Source: Thiovulum sp. ES
GTDB lineage: Bacteria > Campylobacterota > Campylobacteria > Campylobacterales > Thiovulaceae
Reading direction: 5' to 3'
Length of the DNA stretch: 64,000 nucleotides
Assembly (NCBI GenBank): GCA_000276965.1
Contig: AKKQ01000002.1
Location: forward strand, 1,537-65,536
The translations under genes and the position numbers were made by a program. The notes below the pieces were generated by a model. It was not told where the DNA came from, ran no database searches, and saw only the letters and a list, made by a program, of their open reading frames with translations. Shown piece by piece: positions 45,868-57,019 of the stretch. Position 1 is the stretch's first letter; each line of letters opens with the position of its first letter.

Positions 45868-46943
45868 AACACAATCTCTTTAACAAGAAAATTTTCCGCT
45901 TCAAGAATTTTTCGTAACTGAAAACTCTTTGGCAATTCCGAAGTCTCATAACAGATAATAATCTGCTCGTAACTCATATCGATAATATTGTAGAGAAAAT
46001 TATCTATCTCTTCAAAATAGTTGTCTTTGAAAGATATTTTATTCTCAATGACTCCATCAATATTTATAGGACTTCTTGTTGTTGCTTGAAAATAGACATC
46101 AATTCCTTTTTCTGAAAGATATTTTGAGAGCAGATATGGAACAAACATAAATTCAGAAGTTCCAACAATAAGAATTGTTTGCCCATGAAACTCTTTGTAA
46201 TCTATAAATTCGGAAAAGTCAATATCTAGCTTTCCACGAACTCCGTAACGACCAAAATTTGTATTCAGAATCGAATCAAGATTTTTTGGTTCATTTCTTT
46301 CTGAAACTAATTTTTTTTGAACAGAATATTCACCTTTTTGGAAAGAGAATTTTCCAGAATAGAGAGAGGAAAATTTGACCTCATCGCCCTCAATTCCACT
46401 CCAGTCAAGCATTGAAACTGAAAAGTATTTGCTGTTTGGAAAGAGGGTTTTTAGCTCTTTAACAATATTTAGAGTTGTTTTTCCCGTGCTGATCTCATCA
46501 TCAATTAGAACAATATTCTCAATTTTGTGGAGTGGAAAATCTGGTTTATAAAGAATATGAGAGGGAGCATGAGAGTGTTCCTCTTTAAACTCTAAAAGTT
46601 TCTCTTTTGAAGTGTGATACCGAGTTGTGTGAAGATAGAGAGAGTTTGATAAATCTAACTCTTCAAAAACACCTTGTCCAAGTGCTGTTGCAGTCTCTGC
46701 AAAACCGATAAAGAGTGTCGGTTTCTCTAAATCGACATTTTTAACGATGAGGTCGGAGAGATTTTTAAAATTCTCTCTCATAGCAACTGGAGAAGTTGGA
46801 AGATGTTTTCCCAGAACTTTGCTTACAAAAAGAAATCCCCTTTTTTGATTCATTCGCGAACCAAAATCGATAAGGGAATCTAACTCATTTGTAAAATTTT
46901 CAATTTGAAGAACTCCAGTTTTTAGTTCGACACTCTTTTTCAA
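45864..46943 (-). CDS. Phosphoribosyltransferase-domain protein of the Ter-associated type (PRTase_2 + TRSP-like C-terminal domain)
   Basis: [36 protein letters not shown] and the PRPP-loop [13 protein letters not shown], followed by a ~150-aa C-terminal domain. I recall this pattern for the PRTase family found in tellurite-resistance (Ter) neighbourhoods. No search was run. Confidence 0.55.
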   Translation of the reverse strand: MKKSVELKTGVLQIENFTNELDSLIDFGSRMNQKRGFLFVSKVLGKHLPTSPVAMRENFKNLSDLIVKNVDLEKPTLFIGFAETATALGQGVFEELDLSNSLYLHTTRYHTSKEKLLEFKEEHSHAPSHILYKPDFPLHKIENIVLIDDEISTGKTTLNIVKELKTLFPNSKYFSVSMLDWSGIEGDEVKFSSLYSGKFSFQKGEYSVQKKLVSERNEPKNLDSILNTNFGRYGVRGKLDIDFSEFIDYKEFHGQTILIVGTSEFMFVPYLLSKYLSEKGIDVYFQATTRSPINIDGVIENKISFKDNYFEEIDNFLYNIIDMSYEQIIICYETSELPKSFQLRKILEAENFLVKEIVF

Positions 46944-48565
46944 AGCCGTTTTTTCTCTAAACTATTTTTAACAAAAGCGAGAATTGATGGATTCGGTTTT
47001 TCAAGTCTCGATTTAAATTCTGGGTGAAATTGCACACCTAAGAACCAAGGATGATTTGGAATTTCAACAGCTTCAATAAGTCCGTTACTCTCACCTGTGA
47101 TACTCATTCCTGCTTTTTCAAGAGCTTCTCTGTATTCAGGATTCGCTTCATACCGATGTCGGTGTCTCTCTGAAATAATTTCTGAACTGTAAGCTTCTCT
47201 TAAATTTGAACCCTCTTTTGTTTTACACTCATAAGCACCGAGTCTCATAGTTCCTCCAAGTGGAGTCGAGTGAGTTCTAATTTCCGTCTCACCATTTTGG
47301 TTTAAGAAACTATCTATTAAATATACAACTGGATTTTCTGTTTCTGGATTGAATTCCAAGGAGTTTGCATCTTCTAATTTAAGAACATTTCTTGCAAATT
47401 CCACCATCGCCATTTGCATTCCAAGGCAAATTCCTAAAAATGGAATTTCATTTTCTCTTGCAAACTTAATAGCAGAAATCTTTCCTTCAATTCCACGATT
47501 TCCAAAACCACCCGCAACAAGAATTCCATCTACTTCAGAGAAGACCTCATCGATTGGAGTCTCATTTTTCTCAAGTTCCTCTGAATCAATCCACTCAATT
47601 TGAACTTCTGTATTCAGATTTGCCCCAGCATGAATAAAAGATTCAATTAGAGATTTGTAACTCTCTTTGAGTTTCATATATTTTCCAACAAAACCAATCT
47701 TTACTGATGCAGTTGGTGCAACAATTCTTTTGACAAGAGAATCCCAATGATCTAATTGCGGTTTTAATTCTGGAATTTCAAGATGTTTTGCGATTGGTTT
47801 TAAGATGTTGTTATTGTAAAGTCTCAATGGAACATCGTAAATTGTGTTTGAATCAAGAGCCTCAATTACACTAGTTTCAGCAACATCGCAAGAGAGAGCA
47901 AGTTTTGAACGAATCGCTTTTGTTAAGTGTCTTTCTGAACGAGCAATCAAAATTTTTGGAGAAATTCCAATTCGTCGCAATTCCTGAACAGAGTGTTGAG
48001 TAGGTTTTGTTTTTAACTCACCTGCGACTTTGATATAAGGGATAAGTGTTACATGAATAAAAAGTGTATCTTCTGGAGGTAGAGAAAATTTCATCTCTCG
48101 AATCGCTTCCAAAAATGGCAGTCCCTCAATATCTCCAACTGTTCCGCCAAGTTCAATAATTAAGATGTCATAATTTTCACCAGCTGAAACAATTCTCTCT
48201 TTGATTTCATCAACAATATGCGGAATAACTTGGATTGTTTTTCCAAGATATTCACCTTTTCGCTCTTTCTCAATTACTGCACTATAAACTTGTCCAGTTG
48301 TAAAATTGCTCTTTTTTGAGTATGACTCATTTAAAAATCTCTCATAATTCCCAATATCTAAGTCTGTTTCAGCCCCATCATCTGTAACAAAAACTTCACC
48401 ATGTTCAAAAGGCGACATTGTCCCAGGATCGATATTGATATATGGATCGATTTTCAAAACTCCAACTTTATAGCCAGAGCTTTTTAAAAGCATTCCAACA
48501 CTAGAAGCTGTAACACCTTTTCCAAGAGAAGATAAAACTCCACCTGTAATAAAAATATACTTCAT
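46940..48565 (-). CDS. pyrG: CTP synthase
   Basis: [23 protein letters not shown]-terminus, and a glutamine amidotransferase domain with GICLGMQ and HRHRYE. Confidence 0.95.
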   Translation of the reverse strand: MKYIFITGGVLSSLGKGVTASSVGMLLKSSGYKVGVLKIDPYINIDPGTMSPFEHGEVFVTDDGAETDLDIGNYERFLNESYSKKSNFTTGQVYSAVIEKERKGEYLGKTIQVIPHIVDEIKERIVSAGENYDILIIELGGTVGDIEGLPFLEAIREMKFSLPPEDTLFIHVTLIPYIKVAGELKTKPTQHSVQELRRIGISPKILIARSERHLTKAIRSKLALSCDVAETSVIEALDSNTIYDVPLRLYNNNILKPIAKHLEIPELKPQLDHWDSLVKRIVAPTASVKIGFVGKYMKLKESYKSLIESFIHAGANLNTEVQIEWIDSEELEKNETPIDEVFSEVDGILVAGGFGNRGIEGKISAIKFARENEIPFLGICLGMQMAMVEFARNVLKLEDANSLEFNPETENPVVYLIDSFLNQNGETEIRTHSTPLGGTMRLGAYECKTKEGSNLREAYSSEIISERHRHRYEANPEYREALEKAGMSITGESNGLIEAVEIPNHPWFLGVQFHPEFKSRLEKPNPSILAFVKNSLEKKRL

Positions 48566-48573
48566 TCTTTTCC

Positions 48574-49878
48574 CTATTTAAAACTATCTATGATGTCATC
48601 TAACATTTTTATAATAGTCTCGTCTCTTAAATCTTTGTCGAAATGATCAGTTCTCTCTTTTAATGCTTTGTACCAATCTGAGAATTTTTTATTCACTTTT
48701 GAAACTGCAATAACAAAATTTTCATCATGATCTCGAACAATTTTTTCATTGAAAAGAACTTGATCAGAAAACTCTTTTAATCTTTTTGAAATATCTTTAC
48801 TACCGTTATAAAGCATAAACAGTTGTGAAAGTTTCAAGTAAGAATCGATAATTGAGAAGAGTTCTTCTGAAGAAAAATGAGACCCCTCACTGCTTTTAAC
48901 AGTATCATGGAGACTTGAAAGAATTTCGTCAAAAGTTATTAAATCATCACTGCTCATAAAAGAGTAGTGAAGATTTGCTTTATTTGTTTTTCGTCCAAGA
49001 TATTTTCGTACAGTTTTTGAAGTTACCTCATCGGCATTTAATTCAACTTCCAGCTCTTTAAAAATCTCTTCGTGTTCTAATTCATCATCGTGTGCAAAAA
49101 TAAAAGTATCCAGAATGTGAGTTTGGTTGTAATCTAAATAATCAATTGCAAAATCTTCATAATCTCGAACAAGAAGATCAAACTCATAATCAATAAAAAA
49201 GACTCTAAAAACCAGCCTATCATCTTCACTTATTTTAAAAGCTATGTGTCTTTTTATTTTATTTAAATATCGTAAAAAATCTCCACTCAATCCAGTATTA
49301 AAGACAAATGTCATGTCTTTATCAGTCTCAATAATATTGAGAGAAGTTGAACGACCATTGTCAATTTCATAAATTGCTAAATTATAAATAAGTTGAATTA
49401 CTTCGTTTAAGCTTGTTCTTGTTGAAAAATGATTTTGCCAAAAAAGATGAAGATTTGAATGTAATGCAAAATCATAAGTTGCTATCTTTTTGTATGCACT
49501 GATTCCGCTTTTTTTAAAAAATAAAATATCTAAATAACTTCTTAAATTCGCTTCAAATGTATCATTTTTAAAAGGTTTTTGAAAATTACCAACATACCAA
49601 TTTTTCAATCTCTCTTCGTATCCACCACCAATTGAGACAATAATAGTTTTTTTGTCTTTTTTATAAGTTTCAAAAGCTATTTCATCCATATCATGAGAAA
49701 CATAACAAATATCTATTTTATTTTTGGATAACTCTTCTCTTGCATTTTCAATGTTGTGTGCTTCTATAATATTTATTACATAATCAAATTCTGGATGTTT
49801 TGCTTTGAAATCTTCAATTAAAAAAAGTATCTGATTTAAATCATCTTCAAAACTATCTGCTACTAATATGTTAAACAT
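48574..49878 (-). CDS. Hypothetical protein with a receiver-like N-terminal fold lacking the canonical acidic pocket
   Basis: 434 aa. The N-terminal ~120 aa have a beta-alpha pattern (MFNILVADS...[12 protein letters not shown]...IIVSIGG...KPF) reminiscent of REC. The rest is unassigned and helical at the C-terminus. Confidence 0.35.
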   Translation of the reverse strand: MFNILVADSFEDDLNQILFLIEDFKAKHPEFDYVINIIEAHNIENAREELSKNKIDICYVSHDMDEIAFETYKKDKKTIIVSIGGGYEERLKNWYVGNFQKPFKNDTFEANLRSYLDILFFKKSGISAYKKIATYDFALHSNLHLFWQNHFSTRTSLNEVIQLIYNLAIYEIDNGRSTSLNIIETDKDMTFVFNTGLSGDFLRYLNKIKRHIAFKISEDDRLVFRVFFIDYEFDLLVRDYEDFAIDYLDYNQTHILDTFIFAHDDELEHEEIFKELEVELNADEVTSKTVRKYLGRKTNKANLHYSFMSSDDLITFDEILSSLHDTVKSSEGSHFSSEELFSIIDSYLKLSQLFMLYNGSKDISKRLKEFSDQVLFNEKIVRDHDENFVIAVSKVNKKFSDWYKALKERTDHFDKDLRDETIIKMLDDIIDSFK

Positions 49879-50007
49879 ATAATATCCTAAGTGTTAGTTG
49901 TCGAAATTTTACCAAAAAGAGATTTTCCTATTTTTTGTTTTTTTGCTATGGAAAGATTGCTTTGGTAAAATCCAATTTTAAAAATTTACAAAGATGGAGA
50001 TTTCTAT

Positions 50008-51387
50008 TTGCATAAATTACTATTTTTTATAATTTTAATACCTTTTGGGCTTTTTGGAAAAGTAACAGCAACAATTGAAAAACCTGTTGTTGTTCGTGGT
50101 AGTAGCACAACTTTACTTGTTCAAATTGATGGAAAAGATGTTGAAACACCGAATATTTCAAAATTGGGAAAAAGCAGAGTTTCAGGAATTTCAAAAGAGA
50201 ATTTCTTCAGATCGATTAACGGTATAACATCTCAAGGAATTAAAGTTAGATACAACTTTTCTCCCGACGAAAATATGACAATTCCTCCACTAAGATTTGT
50301 TGCTGATGGAGTTGAGTTTTTTACAAAACCGATAGATGTTGTTGTCATTGAACCCTCAAGAAATAGCGAAGACCCATTTCAACTCCAGATAGTTGTTGAC
50401 AAGAAGAAACTATTTGTTGGTCAAACTTTTAAATTAGATGTTATTTATCGTGAAGATTTATCTCAAGATGTTGTTGAGAGGAGATATGAAGAACCGCAAG
50501 GAAATTGGATTTGGAATAAGGGAGATACTCCAATTGCTGAAGAGCGACGAGGAAGATACAACTATTTAAAAGTCTCATATTTATATACACCTCAACAGAG
50601 TGGAAAAATTGAAATCAGCAGTGCAAAAATGAGAGTTGGAACTCGTGCAAAAAAACGAGATGCTTGGGGATTTCTTTTTGAAAATGTTAATTGGCACGAA
50701 ATCATTTCAAACAGATTATCGCTTGATGTTCTTCCAGCACCACAAAAAATTGTCGGAGATTTTGAAATCTCAACAAAAGTTGATAAAGATGTTTTAAACC
50801 GTGGCGAGGCTGTAAATTTTGAGATAAAAATAGAGGGAAATGGAAATATTGAAGATATTGAGCCATTCACATTTAATATTCAAAACGGTGTTGTTTATGA
50901 TGAAAAACCAGAAATCACACACAAAATAGTAAATGGTGAATATGTCGGAACTTTCACACAGAAATTTGCAATTATTTTAGATGAAAATGGTGTAATTCCA
51001 TCTTTTGACATCACATATTTTGATCCAAATATTGAAAAAATTATTACAAAAAAGAGTGATAAAATCCTAGTTCAGATTCTTCAAAATGTCTCAAATTTGC
51101 CAAAAATTGACGATGAGGTCAAAATTGAAAGAAAAAGTGATACAACAAAAGAGGAAAATTCTAATTTCCAATTTCAAAATTTTAAACTTGAAACACCTGT
51201 TTTAATTGCATCTTTTTTAAGCGGAACTATTTTTGCAATTCTCGTCTATTTTATTCCGTTTAGAAAAATTTTTAAAAATTTAAATTTCCTAAGTAAAAGA
51301 GAGAAGTTAAAAAAATTGTTGCCAACAATTCACAAAAGTTCAGATGACTACAAACAAGCTATTAAATTAGAGAAAAAAATCTACTAA
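50008..51387 (+). CDS. BatD-like secreted/membrane-anchored protein
   Basis: Signal peptide, repeated beta-rich modules (VTATIEKPVVVRGSSTTLLVQIDG, FQLQIVVDKKKLFVGQTFKLDV), a C-terminal TM (VLIASFLSGTIFAILVYFI) and a short tail, as in BatD oxygen-tolerance proteins. Tentative. TTG start. Confidence 0.45.
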   Translation: MHKLLFFIILIPFGLFGKVTATIEKPVVVRGSSTTLLVQIDGKDVETPNISKLGKSRVSGISKENFFRSINGITSQGIKVRYNFSPDENMTIPPLRFVADGVEFFTKPIDVVVIEPSRNSEDPFQLQIVVDKKKLFVGQTFKLDVIYREDLSQDVVERRYEEPQGNWIWNKGDTPIAEERRGRYNYLKVSYLYTPQQSGKIEISSAKMRVGTRAKKRDAWGFLFENVNWHEIISNRLSLDVLPAPQKIVGDFEISTKVDKDVLNRGEAVNFEIKIEGNGNIEDIEPFTFNIQNGVVYDEKPEITHKIVNGEYVGTFTQKFAIILDENGVIPSFDITYFDPNIEKIITKKSDKILVQILQNVSNLPKIDDEVKIERKSDTTKEENSNFQFQNFKLETPVLIASFLSGTIFAILVYFIPFRKIFKNLNFLSKREKLKKLLPTIHKSSDDYKQAIKLEKKIY

Positions 51388-51398
51388 TTTTAAATTTA

Positions 51399-51414
51399 GT
51401 CGGATCTCTCCGAC
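51399..51414. terminator. Hairpin between convergent genes (GTCGGA-tctc-TCCGAC, followed by AACTC)
   Basis: A perfect 6-bp stem between the stops at 51387 and 51418. The arms and tail are shared with the hairpin at 59351. Confidence 0.55.
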
Positions 51415-51417
51415 AAC

Positions 51418-51978
51418 TCAAATTTCATTATCAATAATTTGACAAATTGTGTGTCCAAAAAGAATATGCATCTCCTGAATTCTTGGTGTATTTTCTGATG
51501 GAACGATGAGGTTCAAATCACAAAAAGAGTTCATTTTTCCGCCACCTTTTCCAGAGAATCCAAGAGTTTTACACCCAATTTCTCTACCAATTTTCAAGGC
51601 ATTTATCACATTTCCAGAATTTCCACTTGTGCTAATTCCAAGAAGCAAATCACCTTTTAGTGCCAAAGCTTCAACTTGCCGAGAAAAAACTTTTTCATAT
51701 CCGTAATCATTTCCAATTGCAGTCAATGCACTTGTGTCGGTTGTTAAAGCAATTGCGGGAAGTCCTCGCCTCTCTTTTTTGTAGCGACCAGTCAATTCTG
51801 CGGAAATATGTTGAGCATCTCCTGCACTACCGCCATTTCCAAAAAGAACTATTTTACCGCCATTTTGTAGAGTTTCTAAAACCATTTGAGAAGCTTTTGT
51901 AATCTCTGAACTCATTTCTAAAACTCTCTTCATTGTTTCTAAATGTGAATTTAATTCACTTTTTACAGTTTCCAACAT
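51418..51978 (-). CDS. gmhA: D-sedoheptulose-7-phosphate isomerase (SIS domain)
   Basis: Carries [20 protein letters not shown] and [15 protein letters not shown]. The start is placed at an internal ATG (51978), but 52038 is also possible. Confidence 0.8.
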   Translation of the reverse strand: MLETVKSELNSHLETMKRVLEMSSEITKASQMVLETLQNGGKIVLFGNGGSAGDAQHISAELTGRYKKERRGLPAIALTTDTSALTAIGNDYGYEKVFSRQVEALALKGDLLLGISTSGNSGNVINALKIGREIGCKTLGFSGKGGGKMNSFCDLNLIVPSENTPRIQEMHILFGHTICQIIDNEI

Positions 51979-52060
51979 TTTTACACTCTGTTTTAAGATT
52001 CTTGCAAATCCTATCAAATTTGCTAAACTTAAAATCAAAAATTAGACACAAGGTTATTTT

Positions 52061-52567
52061 ATGAGACTTTTATTTTTATTGCTTTTTCCTTTTTTTCTCT
52101 CTGCTCATCCACATCTTTTTATCGATGTCAAAATTCAAAATTCCAAAGATATTTTAAAAGTTGATTGGATTTTTGATGAAATGAATTCAGAAATTCTTAT
52201 TCTTGATTATGACATGGATTTTGATAGAAGTTTTTCACAAACTGAAAAAGATAAGTTTTTTGAGGAAGTCATTTCCGATTTAATTCAGGAATACAATTTC
52301 TACACTTTTTTAAAAGTTGATGAGAAAGAAGTTGAAGAACTACTATTTTTAAAAGATTTTGATGTTTCAATTGTTGAAAACAATTTTTTAATCTCTTTCT
52401 TTTTTGATTTGTCCAGTTTTAAAAATAGAGATAAAAAACTCATTTTCTACGACGAAAGTTTTATGAGTGCATTTCAAGTCAAAAAATCGGATTTGAGTGG
52501 TTTTCAAAATTTGACAATTTCAGAACATGATGAATTTTATGGCTATCTAATTCACTGGAGAAATTAA
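52061..52567 (+). CDS. DUF1007-type periplasmic protein paired with a nickel/cobalt transporter
   Basis: A signal peptide followed by AHPHLFIDVKI, the hallmark N-terminus of DUF1007. It is directly abutted to the NicO-type gene. Confidence 0.6.
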   Translation: MRLLFLLLFPFFLSAHPHLFIDVKIQNSKDILKVDWIFDEMNSEILILDYDMDFDRSFSQTEKDKFFEEVISDLIQEYNFYTFLKVDEKEVEELLFLKDFDVSIVENNFLISFFFDLSSFKNRDKKLIFYDESFMSAFQVKKSDLSGFQNLTISEHDEFYGYLIHWRN

Positions 52568-53298
52568 TGGAAATTTTCAACTCACTTTTTTTAGAACTCA
52601 CTCAAATTTTAAGTATGTTCAATTCGGAAATTGCTTCTCTTTTCCGCGAATTAAAAAACGAGGAATCGATAGGAACAATTCTAATGATTTTTGGATTTGC
52701 CACTTTTTATGGAGTTGTTCATGCACTTGGACCTGGACACGGGAAATTACTTGTTGCTTCTTATCTTATGACTCGAGAAAATAGTTACAAAAAAGCTTTC
52801 AAATTGGGATACATGATTTCAGGAATTCATGCAATTTCTGCTCTCTCAATCACTCTTGTAATCTATTTTATTTTGGAAGCGACAATCTCAAAAAGTTTTG
52901 CTGAAGCAAGTTCCGTAACAACACAGATTTCTGGATATTTGATTTTGGCAGTCGGAATTTATATGATTTATGAAAAGTTTTTTGTAAAAGAGGAGAGTGG
53001 AGTCGAACTGCTAAAAACTGACAAAAAGGATTTTGGAATCGCTTTTGCGGTTGGAATTGTTCCTTGCCCTGGAGTTATGACAATTACTCTTTTTTCAATA
53101 ATTGTCTCAAAAGTCTACATTGGAATTATTAGTGCAATTCTTATGAGTTTAGGAATGGGCTTGACAATTTCACTCGCTGGAATTCTTGCTACAAAAATGA
53201 AAAAAAGCTCTTCAAACTCCCGTTTTAATTTTTCTGAAATTCTCTCAAATCTAGCTATTTTTGGAATTTTCATACTCGGAATTATATTGGTCTCTTAA
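52567..53298 (+). CDS. NicO/RcnA-family nickel/cobalt transporter
   Basis: Six hydrophobic helices and the HALGPGHGK signature. Confidence 0.75.
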   Translation: MEIFNSLFLELTQILSMFNSEIASLFRELKNEESIGTILMIFGFATFYGVVHALGPGHGKLLVASYLMTRENSYKKAFKLGYMISGIHAISALSITLVIYFILEATISKSFAEASSVTTQISGYLILAVGIYMIYEKFFVKEESGVELLKTDKKDFGIAFAVGIVPCPGVMTITLFSIIVSKVYIGIISAILMSLGMGLTISLAGILATKMKKSSSNSRFNFSEILSNLAIFGIFILGIILVS

Positions 53299-53391
53299 TT
53301 AAAAAGTTGCTATAATTCGCGGACTATCACTATTAAAAACAAATAGTTTGCGATAGAATTAAATAAAATTTTAAAATTGGAGAGTCCCGAA

Positions 53392-53622
53392 ATGGCACTT
53401 TTTGAAGATGTTGCAGAAGTAGTTGCAGAGCAATTAAGTATTGAAGTTTCTGAAATTAAACCAGAGTCTAAATTTACAGAAGATTTAGGTGCGGATAGCC
53501 TTGATGTTGTTGAATTAGTTATGGCTCTTGAAGAGAAATTTGATCTTGAAATTCCTGATGAACAAGCAGAAGGAATTAAAACAGTTGCTAATGCAATTAA
53601 ATTTATTGAAGAAAATAAATAG
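53392..53622 (+). CDS. acpP: Acyl carrier protein
   Basis: [27 protein letters not shown] carries the phosphopantetheine Ser. I chose the start at ATG 53392 (MALFEDV). Confidence 0.95.
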   Translation: MALFEDVAEVVAEQLSIEVSEIKPESKFTEDLGADSLDVVELVMALEEKFDLEIPDEQAEGIKTVANAIKFIEENK

Positions 53623-53713
53623 AAATTATCCAAACATTCAAATTGTAATTTGGGGAGCAATCCCCGCAAAAATCAAAATTAATAAATATTAAATTAATAG
53701 GTAGGGAGCTTTT

Positions 53714-54943
53714 ATGAGAAGAGTTGTTGTTACAGGTATTGGAATGATTAATGCCCTTGGACACGATAAGGAAACATCTTTTTCTGAAATTGTTGCGGGA
53801 AAAACAGGAATTGCAAAAATCACACTTTTTAATACAGATGAACATTCGGTAAAAATTGCGGGTGAAGTTAAAGATTTTGATCCAAAAGAGGTTATGAATC
53901 CGAGAGATGTTAAAAAAGCAGATAGATTTATTCAACTCGGTTTTAAGTCGGCAAAAGAGGCGATGGCTGATGCAAATTTAGGTGAAGGTATTGATTACAC
54001 AAGATTTGGAATTTCATCAGCATCGGGAATTGGTGGATTGGGACATATTGAAAAAAATTCTATTATCGGTGAAACAAAAGCACCTCGAAAAATCTCTCCA
54101 TTTTTTATTCCATCTGCACTTGTAAATATGCTTGGCGGATTCATCTCAATTGAATATGGATTAAAAGGTCCAAACCTATCTTCTGTTACAGCTTGTGCTG
54201 CGGGAACTCATGGAATCAGCGAAGCTGTAAAAACAATTATGCTTGGTGGTGCTGACCGAATGCTTGTCGTAACAGCAGAATCTGCTATCTGTTCAGTTGG
54301 AATTGGTGGTTTTGCTTCAATGAAAGCTCTTTCAACTAGAAACGACGAACCTGAAAAAGCTTCTCGACCATTTGATGCGGAACGAGATGGTTTTGTAATG
54401 GGAGAAGGTTCGGCTTCGCTTGTTCTTGAAGATTATGAAAGTGCGGTAGCTCGAGGTGCAAAAATCTATGGTGAAATTATCGGATTTGGTGAAAGTGGAG
54501 ATGCAAATCATATCACTTCACCAGTTGTTGATGGTCCATATCGAGCAATTAAGTCGGCGATGGAAATGGCAGAACGAGTTACAGGCGAAAGACCAAATGT
54601 TGATTACATCAATGCACACGGGACTTCAACTCCAGCAAATGATAAAAATGAGACTTCAGCAATCAAGATGATTTTCGGCGATAATATTCCACCTGTGAGT
54701 TCTACAAAAGGTCAAACAGGACATTGTCTCGGTGCTGCTGGTGGAATTGAAGCAGTCGTTTCATTAATGGCAATGGAACAAGGTGTAATTCCTCCAACAA
54801 TCAACTACGAAAATCCTGATGCAGATTGCGATCTTGATTATGTTCCAAACGAAAAACGAGAAGCCGAATTAAATACAGTCATGAGTAATTCATTTGGTTT
54901 TGGTGGAACAAACGGGGTTCTTATTTTCAAAAAGGTGAAATAA
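53714..54943 (+). CDS. fabF: 3-oxoacyl-ACP synthase II
   Basis: RRVVVTGIGMINALG, active-site SVTACAAG, HGTSTPANDKNE and GHCLGAAG motifs. Confidence 0.95.
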   Translation: MRRVVVTGIGMINALGHDKETSFSEIVAGKTGIAKITLFNTDEHSVKIAGEVKDFDPKEVMNPRDVKKADRFIQLGFKSAKEAMADANLGEGIDYTRFGISSASGIGGLGHIEKNSIIGETKAPRKISPFFIPSALVNMLGGFISIEYGLKGPNLSSVTACAAGTHGISEAVKTIMLGGADRMLVVTAESAICSVGIGGFASMKALSTRNDEPEKASRPFDAERDGFVMGEGSASLVLEDYESAVARGAKIYGEIIGFGESGDANHITSPVVDGPYRAIKSAMEMAERVTGERPNVDYINAHGTSTPANDKNETSAIKMIFGDNIPPVSSTKGQTGHCLGAAGGIEAVVSLMAMEQGVIPPTINYENPDADCDLDYVPNEKREAELNTVMSNSFGFGGTNGVLIFKKVK

Positions 54944-54949
54944 AAACCT

Positions 54950-55966
54950 ATGGCTATATATTTAGATTTTGAGGAAAAACTCAAAAAAATTCAAGATTCT
55001 GTTCTTTCGGCAAAACTCAAAAACGACGAACATGCCGTTCAAATTTTAGAAGAAGAGCAGAATGAAATGGTGGAAAAAGTTTTTTCCTCTCTTTCGCCAT
55101 ATCAGAAACTACAACTTGCAAGACATCCAAATCGTCCATATTCACTTGATTACATTCGTTTGATTATGACAAACGAGTATGAAATTCACGGCGACCGACA
55201 TTTTGCAGATGACAAGTCAATTGTCGCATTTATGGGATATATTGGCGAACAGAAATTTATGGTGATTGGTGAGCAAAAAGGTCGTGGGACAAAAAATAAG
55301 ATTTTCCGAAATTTTGGAATGCCACAACCTGAAGGCTATCGAAAAGCTTTAAGAGTTGCAAAACTTGCTGAAAAATTCAACATTCCAATTCTCTTTCTTG
55401 TGGATACTCCAGGGGCTTACCCAGGTTTAGGAGCTGAAGAGAGAAATCAGAGCGAAGCAATTGCACGAAATCTACTTGAATTTAGCAAATTGAAAGTGCC
55501 GACAATTTCCGTAGTTATTGGTGAAGGTGGAAGTGGTGGAGCATTGGCAATTGGTGTTGCCGACACTCTTGCGATGATGAGATATTCCGTATTTTCGGTG
55601 ATTTCACCAGAGGGTTGTGCTGCGATATTATGGAAAGATCCTGCAATGGTTGAAACAGCTACGGAAGCTCTCAAAATCACAGCAGAAGACCTCATCGAAC
55701 TTAAACTTGTTGATAAGATTGTTGAAGAACCACTTATCGGTGCACACCGAGAACGAGAAAAAACAGCTGAAATTTTAAAAGATTTTGTGATTTCTGAACA
55801 CAAACGACTTTCTGCATTTTCTCTTGATGAACTTTTGGAAAATCGATACAACAGAATTGCATCACTTGGTGCTTTTGAAGAGAGAGAAATCGAACGAGTT
55901 TCAGAAATTGCTGAAACAGAAAAGGAGAATGATGAACAAAACGGAACTAGCTCAGAGACGGAGTGA
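54950..55966 (+). CDS. accA: Acetyl-CoA carboxylase carboxyltransferase alpha subunit
   Basis: Carries [33 protein letters not shown], and [12 protein letters not shown]. There is a short acidic C-terminal extension. Confidence 0.9.
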   Translation: MAIYLDFEEKLKKIQDSVLSAKLKNDEHAVQILEEEQNEMVEKVFSSLSPYQKLQLARHPNRPYSLDYIRLIMTNEYEIHGDRHFADDKSIVAFMGYIGEQKFMVIGEQKGRGTKNKIFRNFGMPQPEGYRKALRVAKLAEKFNIPILFLVDTPGAYPGLGAEERNQSEAIARNLLEFSKLKVPTISVVIGEGGSGGALAIGVADTLAMMRYSVFSVISPEGCAAILWKDPAMVETATEALKITAEDLIELKLVDKIVEEPLIGAHREREKTAEILKDFVISEHKRLSAFSLDELLENRYNRIASLGAFEEREIERVSEIAETEKENDEQNGTSSETE

Positions 55967-56540
55967 TTTATATTCGCTTTTTTCTCGACTTCTCCTACAA
56001 GAAGTTGATTTAGAGACTCTAAAATATCTTAAAAATTCGGATTCTATTTCTGATATTTTTCCAAATATTGCGGAGTGGAAACCTTGGTTTGAAGAGAGTG
56101 ATTTAAATCTTTTAAATCAATATTTAAATGTTGATTTTACAGATATTTCGCTACTTCACCTTGTGCCATATGAAACTTTTTATACTCGAGATGATCAAAT
56201 GGTGGAAACTGGCGGGGCAAATCCCGTTACAGATTTTTATCACCGTTTTGGATTTAAAGTTGAGTTTGATGAAGCTCGGGTTGTCTCTTCGGATCACATC
56301 GGAGTCGAACTTGAATTTATGTCAAAACTTGTAGCTTCGGAATTAGAAGCACTGAAAAATGGCGATGAGGTCGCACTAAATTCAATTGTGGAAGCACAAA
56401 AAGAGTTTTTCAAAAAACATCTTGTAAATTGGGTTAGCTTATATTTGATAAATGTGAAATATGAAGCTCGAACTCCTTTTTATTACGATTTGGCGGAAAG
56501 CACACTCGCTTTTATTCTTGAAGATGGAGAGAATTTATGA
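55929..56540 (+). CDS. TorD/DmsD-family redox-enzyme maturation chaperone
   Basis: About 200 aa, helical. [14 protein letters not shown] and a pattern like FF.KHL..W resemble the TorD family. The ATG follows AGGAG and overlaps the accA 3' end. Confidence 0.6.
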   Translation: MMNKTELAQRRSDLYSLFSRLLLQEVDLETLKYLKNSDSISDIFPNIAEWKPWFEESDLNLLNQYLNVDFTDISLLHLVPYETFYTRDDQMVETGGANPVTDFYHRFGFKVEFDEARVVSSDHIGVELEFMSKLVASELEALKNGDEVALNSIVEAQKEFFKKHLVNWVSLYLINVKYEARTPFYYDLAESTLAFILEDGENL

Positions 56541-57019
56541 TAGCTTCGGCATTTTTCGCAGCGGGTTGTTTTTGGGGAGTTGAATTCCTATTTCAAGGTG
56601 TTTCTGGTGTCAAAAGTGCGGAAAGCGGATACATGGGCGGAACTCAAATCGCCCCAAGCTACGAAGATGTAATTTACAGAAACACTGGACATTTGGAAAC
56701 TGTAAAAGTTGATTACAATCCTGAAGAGGTTTCATACGAGGAATTGGTGAAATTTTTCTTTGAAATTCATGATTTCACTCAAACAAACGGGCAAGGTCCA
56801 GACATCGGGTTTCAGTATCTTTCGGGAATTTTCTATCAAAATGACGAAGAGAAAAAAATCACGGAAAATGTGATTTCAACTTTAGAAAATCGTGGCTTTA
56901 AAGTTGCGACTAAATTGATTGACGGAAAAATTTTCTATCGAGCTGAAGATTATCACCAAAATTACTACAACAAAACTGGAAAAACCCCATATTGCCATAG
57001 CCATCGTAAAATTTTTTAA
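56537..57019 (+). CDS. msrA: Peptide-methionine (S)-S-oxide reductase
   Basis: FAAGCFWGVEFLFQ active-site motif and a ~160 aa MsrA core. ATGA overlap with the upstream gene. Confidence 0.9.
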   Translation: MIASAFFAAGCFWGVEFLFQGVSGVKSAESGYMGGTQIAPSYEDVIYRNTGHLETVKVDYNPEEVSYEELVKFFFEIHDFTQTNGQGPDIGFQYLSGIFYQNDEEKKITENVISTLENRGFKVATKLIDGKIFYRAEDYHQNYYNKTGKTPYCHSHRKIF

